From: an uncultured Alphaproteobacteria bacterium
Lineage (GTDB): Bacteria > Pseudomonadota > Alphaproteobacteria > Sphingomonadales > Sphingomonadaceae
Length of the DNA: 64,000 bases
Reading direction: 5' to 3'
NCBI GenBank assembly: GCA_963815535.1
Contig: CAWFGS010000006.1
Coordinates: 11,478 to 75,477 of the forward strand
Notes under the pieces: model-generated
The model's input: the letters and a program-made list of their open reading frames with translations, nothing else
Database searches by the model: none
Told to the model about the DNA's origin: nothing
Made by a program: the position numbers and the translations under genes
Part shown: positions 18,600 through 30,415 of the stretch, piece by piece
Numbering within the stretch: the first letter of the stretch is position 1
How the letters are laid out: each line of letters starts with the position of its first letter

Positions 18600-19787
18600 T
18601 CAGGTGGCCTGTTCGATTTCGAAAGTCAGTTCGGCGTTGTCGCGCAGGCGCTTGACCAATTGTTCGCCCAGGATCGAACCGGGCGTTCCAATCCCGCCAT
18701 CTGCATCGCTCGACAACAGGGCGATGCCCGTTTCGGTCAGCATCCGGCTGGTGGAACCGTATCCCGGATCGTAACGGCCTTTGACGCCGTAATGGATCGT
18801 CTGTCCATCGGGCATTTCGCCGACGAACAACACATCGTAAAACCCGTTTTCGCGTTCTTCTGCCGTCGGCCCCTCGCCGGGTTTGGGCGGTTTCGCGCCG
18901 AACGGGTTCTTGAGCATTTCGGTTGCCATCTTGGCGGCTTTTTCACCCAGCTCGCCCGCGCTGGTCAGCATCATTTCGTCATATTTGAAATCTTCACCGT
19001 AAGGATGGCCGAGCAGGAAATTGGTGCGATGGACGTTTTTCGTATTGATCGTGGCCATGATGAACGGCGCGGCCCATTTGCCCAGTTCCTTGTCATATTC
19101 CGGCAGCAGCCCGGTCGGCTGGCTTGGCCCTTCGAAACCCGGCGTCAGGCCGAACGGGCTTTGCAGGATCGGGATCAGCTTGGGGTTCTTGGCGATGCTT
19201 TTCATCGTTTCGGTCAGACTGGCCGCCGTGCCGCCGCTGAACGTGCCCTGCATCGCGCGGACCCGCCCCTTAACTCGCGGCGCGGGCTTGCCGAATTTCG
19301 CCTTCGCTTCTTTCTGCAGCATCAGAACGCCGAGATCGAAGGGGATGGAATCGAAACCGCTGGAAAAACAGATGCGCGCGCCGCTCGCTTTCGCCAGATC
19401 GTTATTCTTGTCGATCTGTTCGCGCATCCAGCCCGGCTCTCCGCACAGATCGGCGTAATCGGTCCCCTCGCGCGCGCATGTTTCGACCAGTTCGTTGCCG
19501 TATAGCTGATAGGGGCCGACAGTGGTCAGCACGACCCTGGTTCGCTTCGCCATCGCGGTCAGGCTGGCGGGATCGGAAGCATCGGCGACGATCAGCGGCG
19601 TGTCGTCGGGCGCGCCGATCAGGGTGCGGATATCTTCCAGCTTGGACTGGTTGCGCCCGGCCATCGCCCATGTCGGTGCATCGTCGCGCGAACCGTATTG
19701 ATTGACCAGATATTCCGCGACCAGCCGCCCGGTATATCCCGTGGCGCCATAGACGACGATATCGAATTCGCGGTTTTTCTTGGTCAT
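18600..19787 (-). CDS. Saccharopine dehydrogenase-like NAD(P)-binding oxidoreductase
   Basis: N-terminal Rossmann motif FDIVVYGATGYTGRLVAEYL. Intact 395 aa. Confidence 0.8.
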   Translation of the reverse strand: MTKKNREFDIVVYGATGYTGRLVAEYLVNQYGSRDDAPTWAMAGRNQSKLEDIRTLIGAPDDTPLIVADASDPASLTAMAKRTRVVLTTVGPYQLYGNELVETCAREGTDYADLCGEPGWMREQIDKNNDLAKASGARICFSSGFDSIPFDLGVLMLQKEAKAKFGKPAPRVKGRVRAMQGTFSGGTAASLTETMKSIAKNPKLIPILQSPFGLTPGFEGPSQPTGLLPEYDKELGKWAAPFIMATINTKNVHRTNFLLGHPYGEDFKYDEMMLTSAGELGEKAAKMATEMLKNPFGAKPPKPGEGPTAEERENGFYDVLFVGEMPDGQTIHYGVKGRYDPGYGSTSRMLTETGIALLSSDADGGIGTPGSILGEQLVKRLRDNAELTFEIEQAT

Positions 19788-19820
19788 GTCGTGCTCCCTT
19801 GATGTGGCGGGAGTGTAGCG

Positions 19821-20375
19821 TCAGACCTTCGGCAAAGTCACCCCGCGCTGCCCCATATATTTGCCCGCCCGGTCGGCATAGGTCACTTCGGGCCGTTCGT
19901 TTCCACGCAGGAACAGGAACTGGCACGCGCCTTCATTGGCGTAGATTTTCGCAGGCAGCGGGGTGGTGTTCGAAAACTCCAGCGTGACGTGCCCCTCCCA
20001 CCCCGGTTCCAGCGGGGTGACGTTCACGATGATGCCGCAGCGCGCATAGGTGCTCTTGCCGAGGCAGATGACCAGCACGTCTTCGGGTACGCGGAAATAT
20101 TCGACGGTGCGTGCCAGGGCGAAGGAATTGGGCGGGATGATGCAGACGTCCGTGTCGCGATCGACGAAATTCTTGGGATCGAAATCCTTGGGATCGACGA
20201 TGGTGCTGTCGACATTGGTGAAGATCTTGAATTCCGGCGCCACTCGCGCGTCGTAACCGAAAGAACTGAGGCCGTAGGATATGCAGCCGTCGCGCCGTTG
20301 CGATTCCACGAACGGTTCGATCATGCCGCGTTCGGTCGCAGCCGCGCGAATCCATTTGTCGCTGAGTATTGCCAT
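19821..20375 (-). CDS. dcd: dCTP deaminase
   Basis: MAILSDKWI...[11 protein letters not shown]...[46 protein letters not shown]. Confidence 0.9.
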   Translation of the reverse strand: MAILSDKWIRAAATERGMIEPFVESQRRDGCISYGLSSFGYDARVAPEFKIFTNVDSTIVDPKDFDPKNFVDRDTDVCIIPPNSFALARTVEYFRVPEDVLVICLGKSTYARCGIIVNVTPLEPGWEGHVTLEFSNTTPLPAKIYANEGACQFLFLRGNERPEVTYADRAGKYMGQRGVTLPKV

Positions 20376-20450
20376 CGCGCGACGTTCGGCGATGTGCGGG
20401 GCAGGGGCAATGGCACAGGCACGCTTGTCCCCCAATGCGCCGTTTCGGGG

Positions 20451-20982
20451 TCAGCTGATGGTCGATGCGCCCAGTTGCGGGTTCAGCTTCGTGACGTAAT
20501 TCAGCCACGCCTTGGGCTTTCGCAGATATTTCTTCGGATAATCGACCTTCAACCCCAGAATGCCGCCGATCGCGCCCACGAAATGGATGCAGTTGCGCGT
20601 GTCGAGATCGTAATATTTGCCCGGCGCATCCCGCCACGCGGCCAGTTCGCGCTTGATCGCGTAATATTGCGCGTCGGTGGCGGTAATGGTGAAGTGGCGA
20701 TTGGTGGATCGGACATATTTGTCCTTCTCCACCTCGATGGAATGTTTCACCGGGCCCGTCAGGATGGCGGGCGACACGCTCTTGGCGGTGAAGCCGAAAT
20801 TTTCGTCTCACCCGCGCGCCGGTTTTGTCCAGCGTCCCCTCCAGCACCACGAAGGTATGGGGGTATCGCCCGAACAGGACCGATCCGTTGAAACTGTGGA
20901 AGCTGACCTTGACCTCCGCTGCGGCGGGGGTGGTCCACATCAGGGTGAACAAAGCGGCAAACAGGGTCAACAAGCGTGTCAT
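20451..20982 (-). CDS. Hypothetical exported protein; frame broken once near 20806-20810
   Basis: The signal MTRLLTLFAALFTLMWTTPAAA...LDKTGARV joins DENFGFTAKSVSPAILTGPVKHSIE... (ORF 20451..20777) after removal of one A. Confidence 0.6.
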
Positions 20983-21039
20983 GACAATGCCCTATAATCG
21001 TCCCGCATCGCCTGTCGATGAACGAAGCGACATCGGCCG

Positions 21040-24000
21040 CTATCCGTTCCCGGCAAGCAGGCTGGCATTGCCGCCCGCCGCCGTGGTGTCGATGCAAGTG
21101 ACGCGCTCGGTCGCGAAACGGGCGACGTAATGCGGGCCGCCTGCCTTCGGACCGGTTCCCGAAAGTCCCTCCCCGCCGAATGGCTGGCTTTCGACCACTG
21201 CCCCGATCTGATTGCGGTTGATGTAGATATTGCCAACCCGCGCATGCGCCCGGACATAGGCATGGGTCGCCGCGATTCGGCTGTGAAGCCCCAGCGTCAG
21301 CCCGAAACCGGTGGCATTGATGTCGGCCACGACCTGCGGTAATTGCCCGCTTTTGAACCGGGCGACATGCAGGACCGGCCCGAAATTCTCGCGCTTCAGA
21401 TCCAGGATGGAATCCATTTCGATAATGGTCGGCGCGACGAAACAGCCATGCGCGACCCCGCCCGGCAGATCGCGCCGCCAAACCTTGCGGCCCGCTTTTT
21501 CACGCCGCGCGACATGGCGTTCCAGCGATGCGCGCGCGTCGGGATCGATCACCGGGCCGACATCGGTGGCGAGGTCCGCCGGATCGCCGATGACCAGCGC
21601 ATCGAACGCACCGCGAATCATGGCCAGCATATCGTCGGCGATATCGTCCTGCAGGTACAGCATCCGCAAGGCGGAACAGCGTTGGCCGGCGCTTTGAAAC
21701 GCGCTCGCCATAACGTCCCGCGTCACTTGTTCGGGCAGAGCTGAGGAATCCACGATCATCGCGTTCTGACCGCCGGTTTCCGCAATCAATGTGGCGATCG
21801 GCCCGTCGCGCGCCGCCAGACTGCGATTGATGGCGCGTGCCGTTTCGCTGGAGCCGGTAAACGCGACGCCCGCCAATTGCGGGTGCGAGGTGATCCATGC
21901 ACCCACATCGCCCGCACCCGGCAGCATTTGCAGCACTTCGCGCGGGATGCCCGCCTCGTGACACAACCGAACAGCGAGCGCGGCGATCAGCGGCGTCTGT
22001 TCGGCGGGTTTCGCCACCACCGTATTCCCGGCGGCCAATGCAGCGGCGGCGGGGCCGATGAATATGGCCAGCGGGAAGTTCCACGGGCTGATCGCGGCGA
22101 ACACTCCACGTCCGGCCAGCCGCAGCGTATTGGCCTCCCCCGTGGGGCCGGGCAGATCGGTGGGCGTGGTGAACAGTCGACGTGCCTCGACCGCGTAATA
22201 GCGCAGGAAATCCACCGCTTCGCGCAGCTCCAGCACTGCATCGGGCAAGGTCTTGCCCGCCTCGCGCTGGCACAGCGATACGATCGCGTCCGTATTCGCT
22301 TCGAATGCGTCGGCGGCCGCTTCCAGCAACAAGGCGCGCTTTTCCCCGCCCAGCGCATCCCAGCCGGGTTGAATTTCGGCGGCCCTCTCGATCGCCTGCG
22401 CGACCTCCTCCGCCACACTGTCGCGCCGCGTGCCGACTTCCGCCGTCAGATCCTGCGGCATGGTGATCGGCGCGACCTCGCCCCCGTCGGCATTTGGAAA
22501 AGTAGGCTCGGCGTGCCAGCGAATGCCGGTCATATCGCGCAACCGTTCCATCAGCGGGTCACGGACCAGCGGGTCCGACAGGTCGATACCGGCGCTGTTG
22601 GTCCGGTCGGGGAAGATGTCGCCGGGCAGCGGAATGGCCGGATTGCGGGCAGAGGCCAGCGCAGCCAGTTCCGCCACCGGATCGACAGTCAACTCCGCCA
22701 CCGGAACCTCGCGCATCCGCCATGCGATTGACGAAGGAACTGTTGGCCCCATTTTCCAGCAGGCGCCGAACCAGATAGGCGAGCAGTTCCTTATGCCCGC
22801 CGACCGGGGCATAGATGCGAACCGGCGTGATGCGTTTCTGCGCGCTGCGTTCCTGCTGCGTCAGTTCGGCATAGAGATCTTCCCCCATACCGTGCAGCCG
22901 TTGAAATTCGAACGGGGCATCGCCGCGCGCCGCCGACATCGCCTTGATCGTGCCGACCGTGATGGCGTTGTGCGTGGCGAAGGCGGGATAGATCGCTTCG
23001 GGTGCGGACAGCAGCCGGGCGGCGCAGGCGAGGTAGGATACGTCGGTTGCGACCTTGCGCGTGAACACGGGGTAATCGACGAACCCGCCCACCTGGCTCA
23101 GCTTGATTTCGGTGTCCCAATACGCGCCCTTCACCAGCCGCACGAAAAACTGCCGATCGTATCGGCGTGCCAGGCGGATGACCCAATCGCACAAGGGCAC
23201 CGCACGTTTCTGATACGCCTGGATGGCCAGGCCGAACCCGGCCCAGCGCGATCCGTCCGCGCGAGTGAACAGATCGTCATCGGCGGCAACCGCTTCGATG
23301 ATGTCCATCGACAATTCCAGCCGCTCGGCTTCTTCCGCATCCAATGTGAAATGCACCCCGCAATCGCGAGCCATAGCGGCCAGTTCGCGAATGATCGGAA
23401 CCAGCGCGGCGGCGGCGGCGTCGGCGTGCAGAAAATCATATTGCGGATAAAGCGCGGACAGCTTCACCGATATGCCGGGGCTGGTGTGAATGTCTCCGTC
23501 CCCTTCCGCCGCCAGCCGTTGCAGCGCGGCAGTGTAGGCGGCGCGATACCGTGCGGCGTCGGCATAAGTCATGGCCGCTTCGCCCAGCATGTCGAAACTG
23601 TGGGTCAGCCCGGCTTTGCGTTCGGGCGCGGCACGCTTCATCGCTTCATCGATATTGCGGCCGAATACGAACTGCCCGCCCAATATCCGCATGGCCTGCA
23701 ACGTGGCGGTGCGGATGACCGGTTCGCCCAGCCGCCCGACCGTGCGTTTGACGGTCGCGCCCATACCGCGCGCGGCGAGTTCGGGACGTTCCAGCACCTC
23801 GCCCGTCAGCATCAGCGAAAACGTCGCCGCGTTGACGAAAGTGGAACTGGATTCGCCCAGATGCGCCGACCAGTCGATGCCGGACAGCTTGTCGCGGATC
23901 AGCGCATCGGCGGTTCCCGCATCGGGAACGCGCAGCAACGCTTCCGCCAGACACATCAGCGCCACGCCTTCTTCCGTGGACAGGCCGAATTGGTGCAGGA

Positions 24001-24187
24001 ATGCGTCCAGTCCGCTTGCCTTGCGCGCCCGTGCCCCTGCGATCAGAGTTGCCGCCAGTTCCGCGCCCGCATCATGCGCCGCGCTGGCGGGGGCGGCGTC
24101 CGCCAGCCGTTCCGCAACGCAGGCTCCCTCGCCCTGCCGATAAGCGGCGCGAAATTGCGATCGATCAAGGGGTTGCAGGTGAGTCAC
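21040..24187 (-). CDS. putA: Bifunctional proline dehydrogenase / L-glutamate gamma-semialdehyde dehydrogenase; frame broken once near 22709-22713
   Basis: ORF 22559..24187 (PRODH part, ...RRLLENGANSSFVNRMADA) joins ORF 21040..22812 (EVPVAELTVDP..., aldehyde dehydrogenase part with FTGSSETA and ETGGQNA). Confidence 0.9.
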
Positions 24188-24290
24188 GCGTGGCCTTCAT
24201 GCAAAACGTCTGTGCTGCCGATCTGCACCCCGCCGCGCCGCTAATCAAGTGAAGTCGGCCCATCATAGGATGGCTTCGCTGCAAAACGGC

Positions 24291-25191
24291 CTAGCCGCGG
24301 CGCAGCACCCGCCCGGCCACCGCATCCAGCTTCGCCAGCACGAGCCGGGTCGCGCGCGTCGGGCGATGTGATGATCGCGGTGTCGAGCGTGGTGTCGATG
24401 GGGGAGGGGGCGCGAACGGCCGGCAGGGCGGCAATGAAATGTGCCACGGTATCGCGCGCCAGATCGCCATTGGCCTGCATCTGGGCGAGTATCTGCGTGA
24501 CATCGACGCCCGCCTCCGCATCGCGCCAACTGTCGTAATCCGTCACCATCGCGACGAGGGCGTAGGGCAGCTCCGCCTCGCGCGCCAGCCGCGCTTCGGG
24601 CATGGCGGTCATGCCGATGACATCTGCGCCCCATTGGCGGTAAAGCTTGCTTTCGGCGCGAGTGGAAAATTGCGGTCCCTCCATCGCCAGATACGTTGCG
24701 CCGACCGCCGGGCAGCCGCCCGCCGCCCGCACGGCCTCGCCCGCCATCGCGGTCAGGCGCGGGCATACGGGTTCCGCCATGGAAGCGTGGACGACCATGC
24801 CGCGCCCGTAAAAACTGGCGGGGCGGGGGCCGCCGGCATGGGTGGCGGTGCGATCGATGAACTGATCGACGCAGACGAAGCGGCCCGGCGGCAGCTCTTC
24901 GCGCAGGGAGCCCACCGCGCTGATCGACAGAATATCGGTGCAGCCACAGCGTTTCAGCGCATCGATGTTGGCGCGCGCGTTCAATTCGCCGGGCGGAATG
25001 CGATGACCGCGACCGTGCCGGGGGAGGAACCGCACCCGACTATCGCCGATCCGTCCGCACAGAATATCGTCGGACGGCGCGCCCCACGGCGTATCGACGG
25101 CGATCCATTGCGCGTCCTCCAGCCCCGGAATGTCGTACAGACCCGACCCGCCGATGATGCCGATGGTCCACGGCGATGCGCCTTGCGTCAT
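24291..25191 (-). CDS. mtaP: S-methyl-5'-thioadenosine phosphorylase; frame broken once near 24342-24350
   Basis: WTIGIIGGSGLY...RFLPRHGRGHRIPP...VIGMTAMPEARLAREAE. The C-terminus continues as LVLAKLDAVAGRVLRRG* in ORF 24291..24521. Confidence 0.85.
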
Positions 25192-25207
25192 GGCATCCTC
25201 AGGTCTC

Positions 25208-25681
25208 TCATGGCCTATCCTGTTCTTCGCGGATCAATTCGGACCGCACGCGCACCGTCCGCGTGGCGATATGGACCTCGCCCAGAAAGAACCCGATCCC
25301 GGCCACGATCATGCTCATCGCGACGATGAACAGCACGGAAATCAGCACCGACGCATCGACACCCCACAGATCGCTGAGGAACAGCGCCGCAACCAGGAAG
25401 GCGATGACGAGGCCGGACGAACTCAGCAGATTGATGGAACGGTGATTGTAGCTCATCCGACTGTCCAGCCCGCGCAGTTCGTCGCGGTACATCCGGTGAT
25501 TGCTTTCGTTCTCGCACGCCACGATCTCGCGTTCCAGCGCCCGCGCCCGGTCGATCACCCGGCCCAGTCGTGCGGTCACGACGTTCAGCAGCGACCCCAC
25601 CGCGACCAGCAGGAACACCGGCGCGACGGCCAGCTGGATGACGCGCCCGACATCGACACCTGAATCGAGGACGCCGATCAT
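25208..25681 (-). CDS. DUF2721-like membrane protein
   Basis: The ATG at 25681 overlaps the upstream stop (ATGA). The TM and coiled pattern is typical of DUF2721 (recognised by eye, tentative). Confidence 0.6.
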   Translation of the reverse strand: MIGVLDSGVDVGRVIQLAVAPVFLLVAVGSLLNVVTARLGRVIDRARALEREIVACENESNHRMYRDELRGLDSRMSYNHRSINLLSSSGLVIAFLVAALFLSDLWGVDASVLISVLFIVAMSMIVAGIGFFLGEVHIATRTVRVRSELIREEQDRP

Positions 25682-26682
25682 GCGCCGCAGCTCGCGCCGC
25701 CCAGCACGCAGAACCGCGCGCAATGGGGATGGTTGAGCGATATCGGGCGCATGGCCTCCACCAGATCGCCGCCCAGATCGAAACCGTCGTCATAGGGTAT
25801 CAGCGTGCAGGCGACGACGCGCGGGGCAGGTTCGCCGCGACGATGGACGACCATGCGGCTGGTCGCGCACATGATGTCCTGCGGGCGTTTGTTCAGGATC
25901 GACCAGCAACCGGTGGTGATCTCCGCCACGTCGGCATCGGCGTCCATTTCCGGGAACAGCACCAGCCGTGCGGGATCATGCGCGTCGATCCCGATGCTTT
26001 CGCGCGCGAACAGGCCGGCATAACCGTCGCGCGCCGCCGCCTCGTCTTCATGCGGCAGCATCCGCCCGGCCACGGCAAGGGCGAACCCGTTTCGCGACAG
26101 CCAGCGCAGGCCGTCCATCGCAATCGCCCAGCTGCCCGGTCCCCGTTCCCCTTCATGCGCGGCCATCGTATGATGATCCAGGCTGACGCGCAGAGTCAGA
26201 CTGTTGCCGAACTTTGCCTGCAAGCCCAGCAGGGGCATCTCGTGCCGCCGCATCGGTTTCATCGCATTGGTCAGCACCAGCGCATCGAATCCACGCGATA
26301 GCGCATCGCGCAGCATTTCGGGAAAATCGGGGTTCATGAACGGTTCGCCGCCGGTAAAGCCGATCTCCGCCGTGCCCAGATCGCGATCTGCGATTTCATC
26401 GTAGAAGCGCGCCGCATGGGCGGCAGTCAGGTAGATCAGCGCGTCGTTGGTCGGACTGCTTTCGATGTAGCATGTGGCGCAGGCAAGATTGCACAGCGTG
26501 CCGGTGTTGAGCCACAACGTTTCCAACCGCGTCGGCGCGACATGCGCGCGCGGTTCGCCGGTGGCGGTCACCATCGGATCGGCGAATTTCGCGCGCGGCA
26601 GGGCGGCGCCCTCGATCGCGAACGGGGACGGCCCGGTCGGCGCATTGCGCGATTTGGCAATCTGTCTCAAACCTTCCCCCAC
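25678..26682 (-). CDS. Radical SAM protein with Cys-rich C-terminal region
   Basis: CNLACATCY (CxxxCxxC), GGEPF, and C-terminal cysteines (CWSIL, MCATS, ACTLIP, HPHCARFCVLGGASC). Intact 334 aa. Confidence 0.8.
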   Translation of the reverse strand: MGEGLRQIAKSRNAPTGPSPFAIEGAALPRAKFADPMVTATGEPRAHVAPTRLETLWLNTGTLCNLACATCYIESSPTNDALIYLTAAHAARFYDEIADRDLGTAEIGFTGGEPFMNPDFPEMLRDALSRGFDALVLTNAMKPMRRHEMPLLGLQAKFGNSLTLRVSLDHHTMAAHEGERGPGSWAIAMDGLRWLSRNGFALAVAGRMLPHEDEAAARDGYAGLFARESIGIDAHDPARLVLFPEMDADADVAEITTGCWSILNKRPQDIMCATSRMVVHRRGEPAPRVVACTLIPYDDGFDLGGDLVEAMRPISLNHPHCARFCVLGGASCGA

Positions 26683-26683
26683 T

Positions 26684-28115
26684 CTAGCTGAACCGGCGGC
26701 GGATCGCCGCGACCATCCGGCAATAGCGTTTCGGCAGCGATCCGAACACCGTGGGTTCCCACGCGGCGAAGGCGGCGGCTTTCACGATTTCGCTGCGGGT
26801 GGGGTAAGCGACGATGGCGGACCCCAACGCGAAGCTGCCGGTTTTGCCGCCGATCGCCTGGGCGAACGGCAGCAGCAATTCGCCCGCATTCGTGCCGACT
26901 ATGCTGGCGCCGATGATTTTGCGCCCCTTCATCACCAGTTTGCAATGCCCCGTGACGTCCCCTTCGGCAACGGTGCGATCGTTGTGATCGAACCCCTCGC
27001 GGACGATTTTCACCGCATCGCCATACCGTTCGCGCGCGGCGTTTTGCGTCAGACCGACCTGCGCGACTTCGGGTGCGGTGTAGGTGCACCAGGGCAGGGC
27101 TTTCCAATCGACTTTCACTGGCAATCCGGTCGCGATTTCCAATGCGACGTTGGACCCTTCGTAGCCTGCGACATGCGTCAGGCGCGGCCCGTCGCGGCAA
27201 TCGCCGATGGCGTAGATCGATTTGACCGACGACCGGCGGCGGTCGTCCACCACGATGCCATTGTCGCCCATTGCGATACCGACCTGTTCCAGCCCGAAGC
27301 CGGTGGAGTTCGCGCGCCGCCCGGTCGCAACCAGCAGATGCGTTCCCGCGATCGTGCGGCCATCTTCCAGCGAAACCGTGACGGCATCCCCGTCACGCGA
27401 CACGCGCGCCGCACGGCCATCGTGGAACACGACCCCTTCCCCGCGCATGACATCGGCGATGACCGCGACGGAATTCGGGATCGTCGCGGCGCATCAACGG
27501 GCCGGGATTGATTATCGTAACCGCGCTGCCCAGTCGGCGGAACGCCTGCCCCATTTCCATGCCGATCGCGCCGCCGCCGATGATGACCAAATGGCCGGGC
27601 AAGGCATTCAGATCGAACAGGTTTTCGTTGGTCAGATACGGGCCATCCTTCAGCCCCTCAACCGGCGGGATTGCGGGGCGAGAGCCGGTGGCGATCACGA
27701 TCCGCGGCGCGCGCAGGGTCCGCCCCGCGACTGCCACCGTATGTCTGCCGGTCACGGTGGCATGGTCGCGAATGACTTCGCAGCCCATCCCCTCGAACCG
27801 TTCCTGCGAATCATGGGGCGCAATTTCGGCGATTGCCGCGTGGATGTGGCCATGCACGCCGGACCATGCGATTTGCGGCGGCTGCAACGTAATGCCCAGG
27901 CGAGTTTGGGTGCGAGCCTCGTGCGCGCGCTTCGCCGCCGCAATCAGGGCCTTGGATGGAACGCAGCCATTGTTGAGGCACTCGCCCCCCATCGCTGCCG
28001 CCTCGATCAACGCCACATTCAGACCGAACATCGCCATTCCGCCCGCCGCCGTCAGCCCAGCCGCACCGCCGCCGATCACGATCGCATCATGGGTGTATTT
28101 TGCAGGCCCGGTCAT
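26684..28115 (-). CDS. FAD-dependent pyridine nucleotide-disulfide oxidoreductase (dihydrolipoyl dehydrogenase / mercuric reductase superfamily); frame broken once near 27469-27472
   Basis: DAIVIGGGAAGLTAA, redox-active GGECLNNGCVPSK, VIIGGGAIGMEMGQ. It joins ORF 26684..27448 at DDPEF|VAVIADVMRGEG. Confidence 0.85.
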
Positions 28116-28124
28116 CCCAGCGAC

Positions 28125-28736
28125 CTATACACCGGACGCAAGCTGGGGCCAGTCGCGCAAATCGTCCATATCGTCCACGTCGGTCAGTTCCGGCAGAACC
28201 ACGGGATCGAGATCGCGAGCGGCCAGACGGCGGACGGTTTCGCCGTAAACTGTGGAAACGCTCCATTCCATATCGGCAAAGGCGAACGCAATGGGCGCGT
28301 TGAAGCCGAGCAGATAGTAACCCCCGTCGCGCGCAGGTCCGATCACCGTTTCGTGCGCTTGCAACGCAGCTGCCGCTGAATGCAGCAGGGCAGGGGTCAG
28401 TCCGGGCGCGTCGCTGCCGATCACGATACCGGGGGCCGCGGCCCGTGCCAGCCGGTCACCCAGATCGCCGCCGCCCTGATCGACCACCGCGCAATCTTCC
28501 CCCAGCCATTCGTGAAACATCGCGGACGATCCGCCGGTTACGCGCAGTTCGAATGGCAAACCGCTATCCCGCACCGCATCCACCGTCATTGCGAGCAGAC
28601 GGCGATAGACCTGCGCCGCGCCTTGCGCCCCGATCGCCGGTATCAGGCGCGTTTTCACCTTGCCGGGTTCCGGCCAGCGGGCAAAGACGGCTACCTTCGG
28701 CCGGTTCACGCCGACATATCGCCGGGCGGTTGCCAT
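28125..28736 (-). CDS. DUF2064 family (CofC-like nucleotidyl/glycosyl-transferase fold; TIGR04282-like) protein
   Basis: Internal start MATARRYVGVNRPKVAVFARWPEPGKVKTRLIPAIG...VIGSDAPGLTP...GPARDGGYYLLG. Family recalled from memory. Confidence 0.7.
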   Translation of the reverse strand: MATARRYVGVNRPKVAVFARWPEPGKVKTRLIPAIGAQGAAQVYRRLLAMTVDAVRDSGLPFELRVTGGSSAMFHEWLGEDCAVVDQGGGDLGDRLARAAAPGIVIGSDAPGLTPALLHSAAAALQAHETVIGPARDGGYYLLGFNAPIAFAFADMEWSVSTVYGETVRRLAARDLDPVVLPELTDVDDMDDLRDWPQLASGV

Positions 28737-29349
28737 AATGGTCGTTTGACCATGATATTGCGGAACAGATCGCTGCCGATCAACCGGGCGAGCCAACCCT
28801 CGCGTGCGTGCAACATCCTGCGCCGCGAACCAGTCGCGATCATGGGCGGCGAACTGCCGCACGAACGGGAAGATCGCGATGTCCGCCAATCTCCGGGCCG
28901 GACCGGTCAAATAGTCGCGCGCGGCCAGCCGTTCTTCCAGCGCCCCCAAAATTGCCAGCCCGTGCCGCCCGATGCGCCTTGGCATCGCTGTCGTAACGCG
29001 CGGCGTATTTGTACCGGTCGAGGTGATGTTTGAACCCACCTGTATCCTCGCCGTCGAACCGCGCAATCAGGTTCATATCGGCATCCGCCAGCCAGCCTTC
29101 CGGGTCCGACCGGCCCAGCGCCCAGACCATGATGTCGAGGCTCTGTTCCAGCACCGTGCCATCGGGCAGCACCAGCACCGGCACCGTTCCCTTCGGCGAT
29201 GCCGCCAGCATGGCATCGGGTTTGTCGCGCAGCAGAATGTCGCGCAATTCATGCTCCGCGCCGCTTATCCGCAGCGCCATCCGCGCGCGCATGGCATAGG
29301 GGCAGCGGCGAAAACTGTAGAGGATGGGGAGGGCGGCGCGCATCGGCAT
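28706..29349 (-). CDS. Glutathione S-transferase family protein; frame broken twice (about 28966-28975 and about 28797-28806)
   Basis: MPMRAALPILYSFRRCPYAMRARMAL...SPKGTVPVLVL then GLAILGALEERLAARDYLTG...IFPFVRQF then EGWLARLIGSDLFRNIMVKRPLW...*. The start ATG overlaps the trhO stop (TAATG). Confidence 0.7.
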
Positions 29350-30415
29350 TACGCCAACCCCGGATAGCTTTGGTCCCAGGCGCTTGCATCCTCGTCGTCG
29401 AAGCCGTCGCCGAAGCCGTTGTTGGGGGCGTATCGGGGCGAAGCTTGGCACCGATATGGTCCACACCGCGCGCCTCCGCCAACGCAGTCTGCCGCTGGCG
29501 TTCGGCATAGCCATCGCGCTGTTCGGCGGTGCGCCGATCATGGCAACGCGCACATGACACACCTTCGACGTAATAGGGCGAAGCGCGGTCCCCCTCGCTC
29601 AGCGGCATGCGGCAGGCGCGGCACAATTCATGCGTACCGACGGCCAGCCCTTGCGTAACGCTGACCCGTTCGTCGAACACGAAGCATTCGCCGCGCCATT
29701 GGCTGTCTTCGGGTGCGACGCGTTCCAGATAGGACAGGATGCCGCCTTTCAGGTGGAAAACATCTTCCACCCCTTCGCTTTTCAGGAACGCCGTCGCCTT
29801 TTCACACCGTATGCCGCCGGTGCAGAACATGGCGAATTTGGTCGGCTGGCCGCGTTTCGCTCTGGCGGACAGTTCGGCGCGATGGTCGCGAAACCAGCCG
29901 GGAAAATCGCGGAACGTCGGCGTTGCGGGATCGATCGCGCCGGCGAACGTCCCGATGCCGACCTCGTAATCGTTGCGGGTGTCGATCAGCACGGTGTCGG
30001 GATCGCCGATCAGCGCGTTCCAGTCTTCGGGCTCGACATATTCGCCGACATTGCGTGCGGGGTCGATATCGGGCTCGCCCATCGTGACGATCTCCGCCTT
30101 CAGCCGCACTTTCATCCGATGGAACGGAGGGTGATCGGTATGCGATCGCTTGACCGTCATCTGCGCGCAGCCGGGCAGGCCGCGAATATGCGCGATGGCT
30201 GCGGCCACCGCATCGCGCCCACCCGCGATGGTTCCGTTGATTCCTTCCCGCGCCAGCAGAACGGTACCGCGCAAGCCATGTTCGGCGCACAACGCCAGCA
30301 ACGGTTCGCGCAAGGCGGCGGGGTCGGCGAAATTCGTGAACTGGTAGAACGCCGCAACGTGGAATGCATCGGGCTTGGCGGCGGCATCGCGTGCGGGGGC
30401 GGGTTGGGACGGCAT
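29349..30415 (-). CDS. trhO: Rhodanese-domain tRNA uridine(34) hydroxylase (TrhO/YceA, UPF0176); frame broken once near 29418-29432
   Basis: FHVAAFYQF...LLAREGINGTIAG...FCTGGIRCEKA...HLKGGILSYL. The C-terminus reads YAPNNGFGDGFDDEDASAWDQSYPGLA* in another frame. Confidence 0.8.

Noticed and set aside
20160-20205. The direct repeat CTTGGGATCGAAATC / CTTGGGATCGACGAT inside dcd (protein [10 protein letters not shown]) as a recent duplication.
   Set aside because: The protein length and the surrounding alignment match what I recall for alphaproteobacterial Dcd ([15 protein letters not shown]). It is therefore a native sequence feature, not an insertion.
25678-26682. Naming the radical SAM gene ArsS (arsenosugar synthase), based on the neighbouring DUF2064-like gene.
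   Set aside because: The protein lacks the motifs I associate with the ArsS/DUF3641 family, and no arsM is nearby. It was left as a generic radical SAM enzyme.
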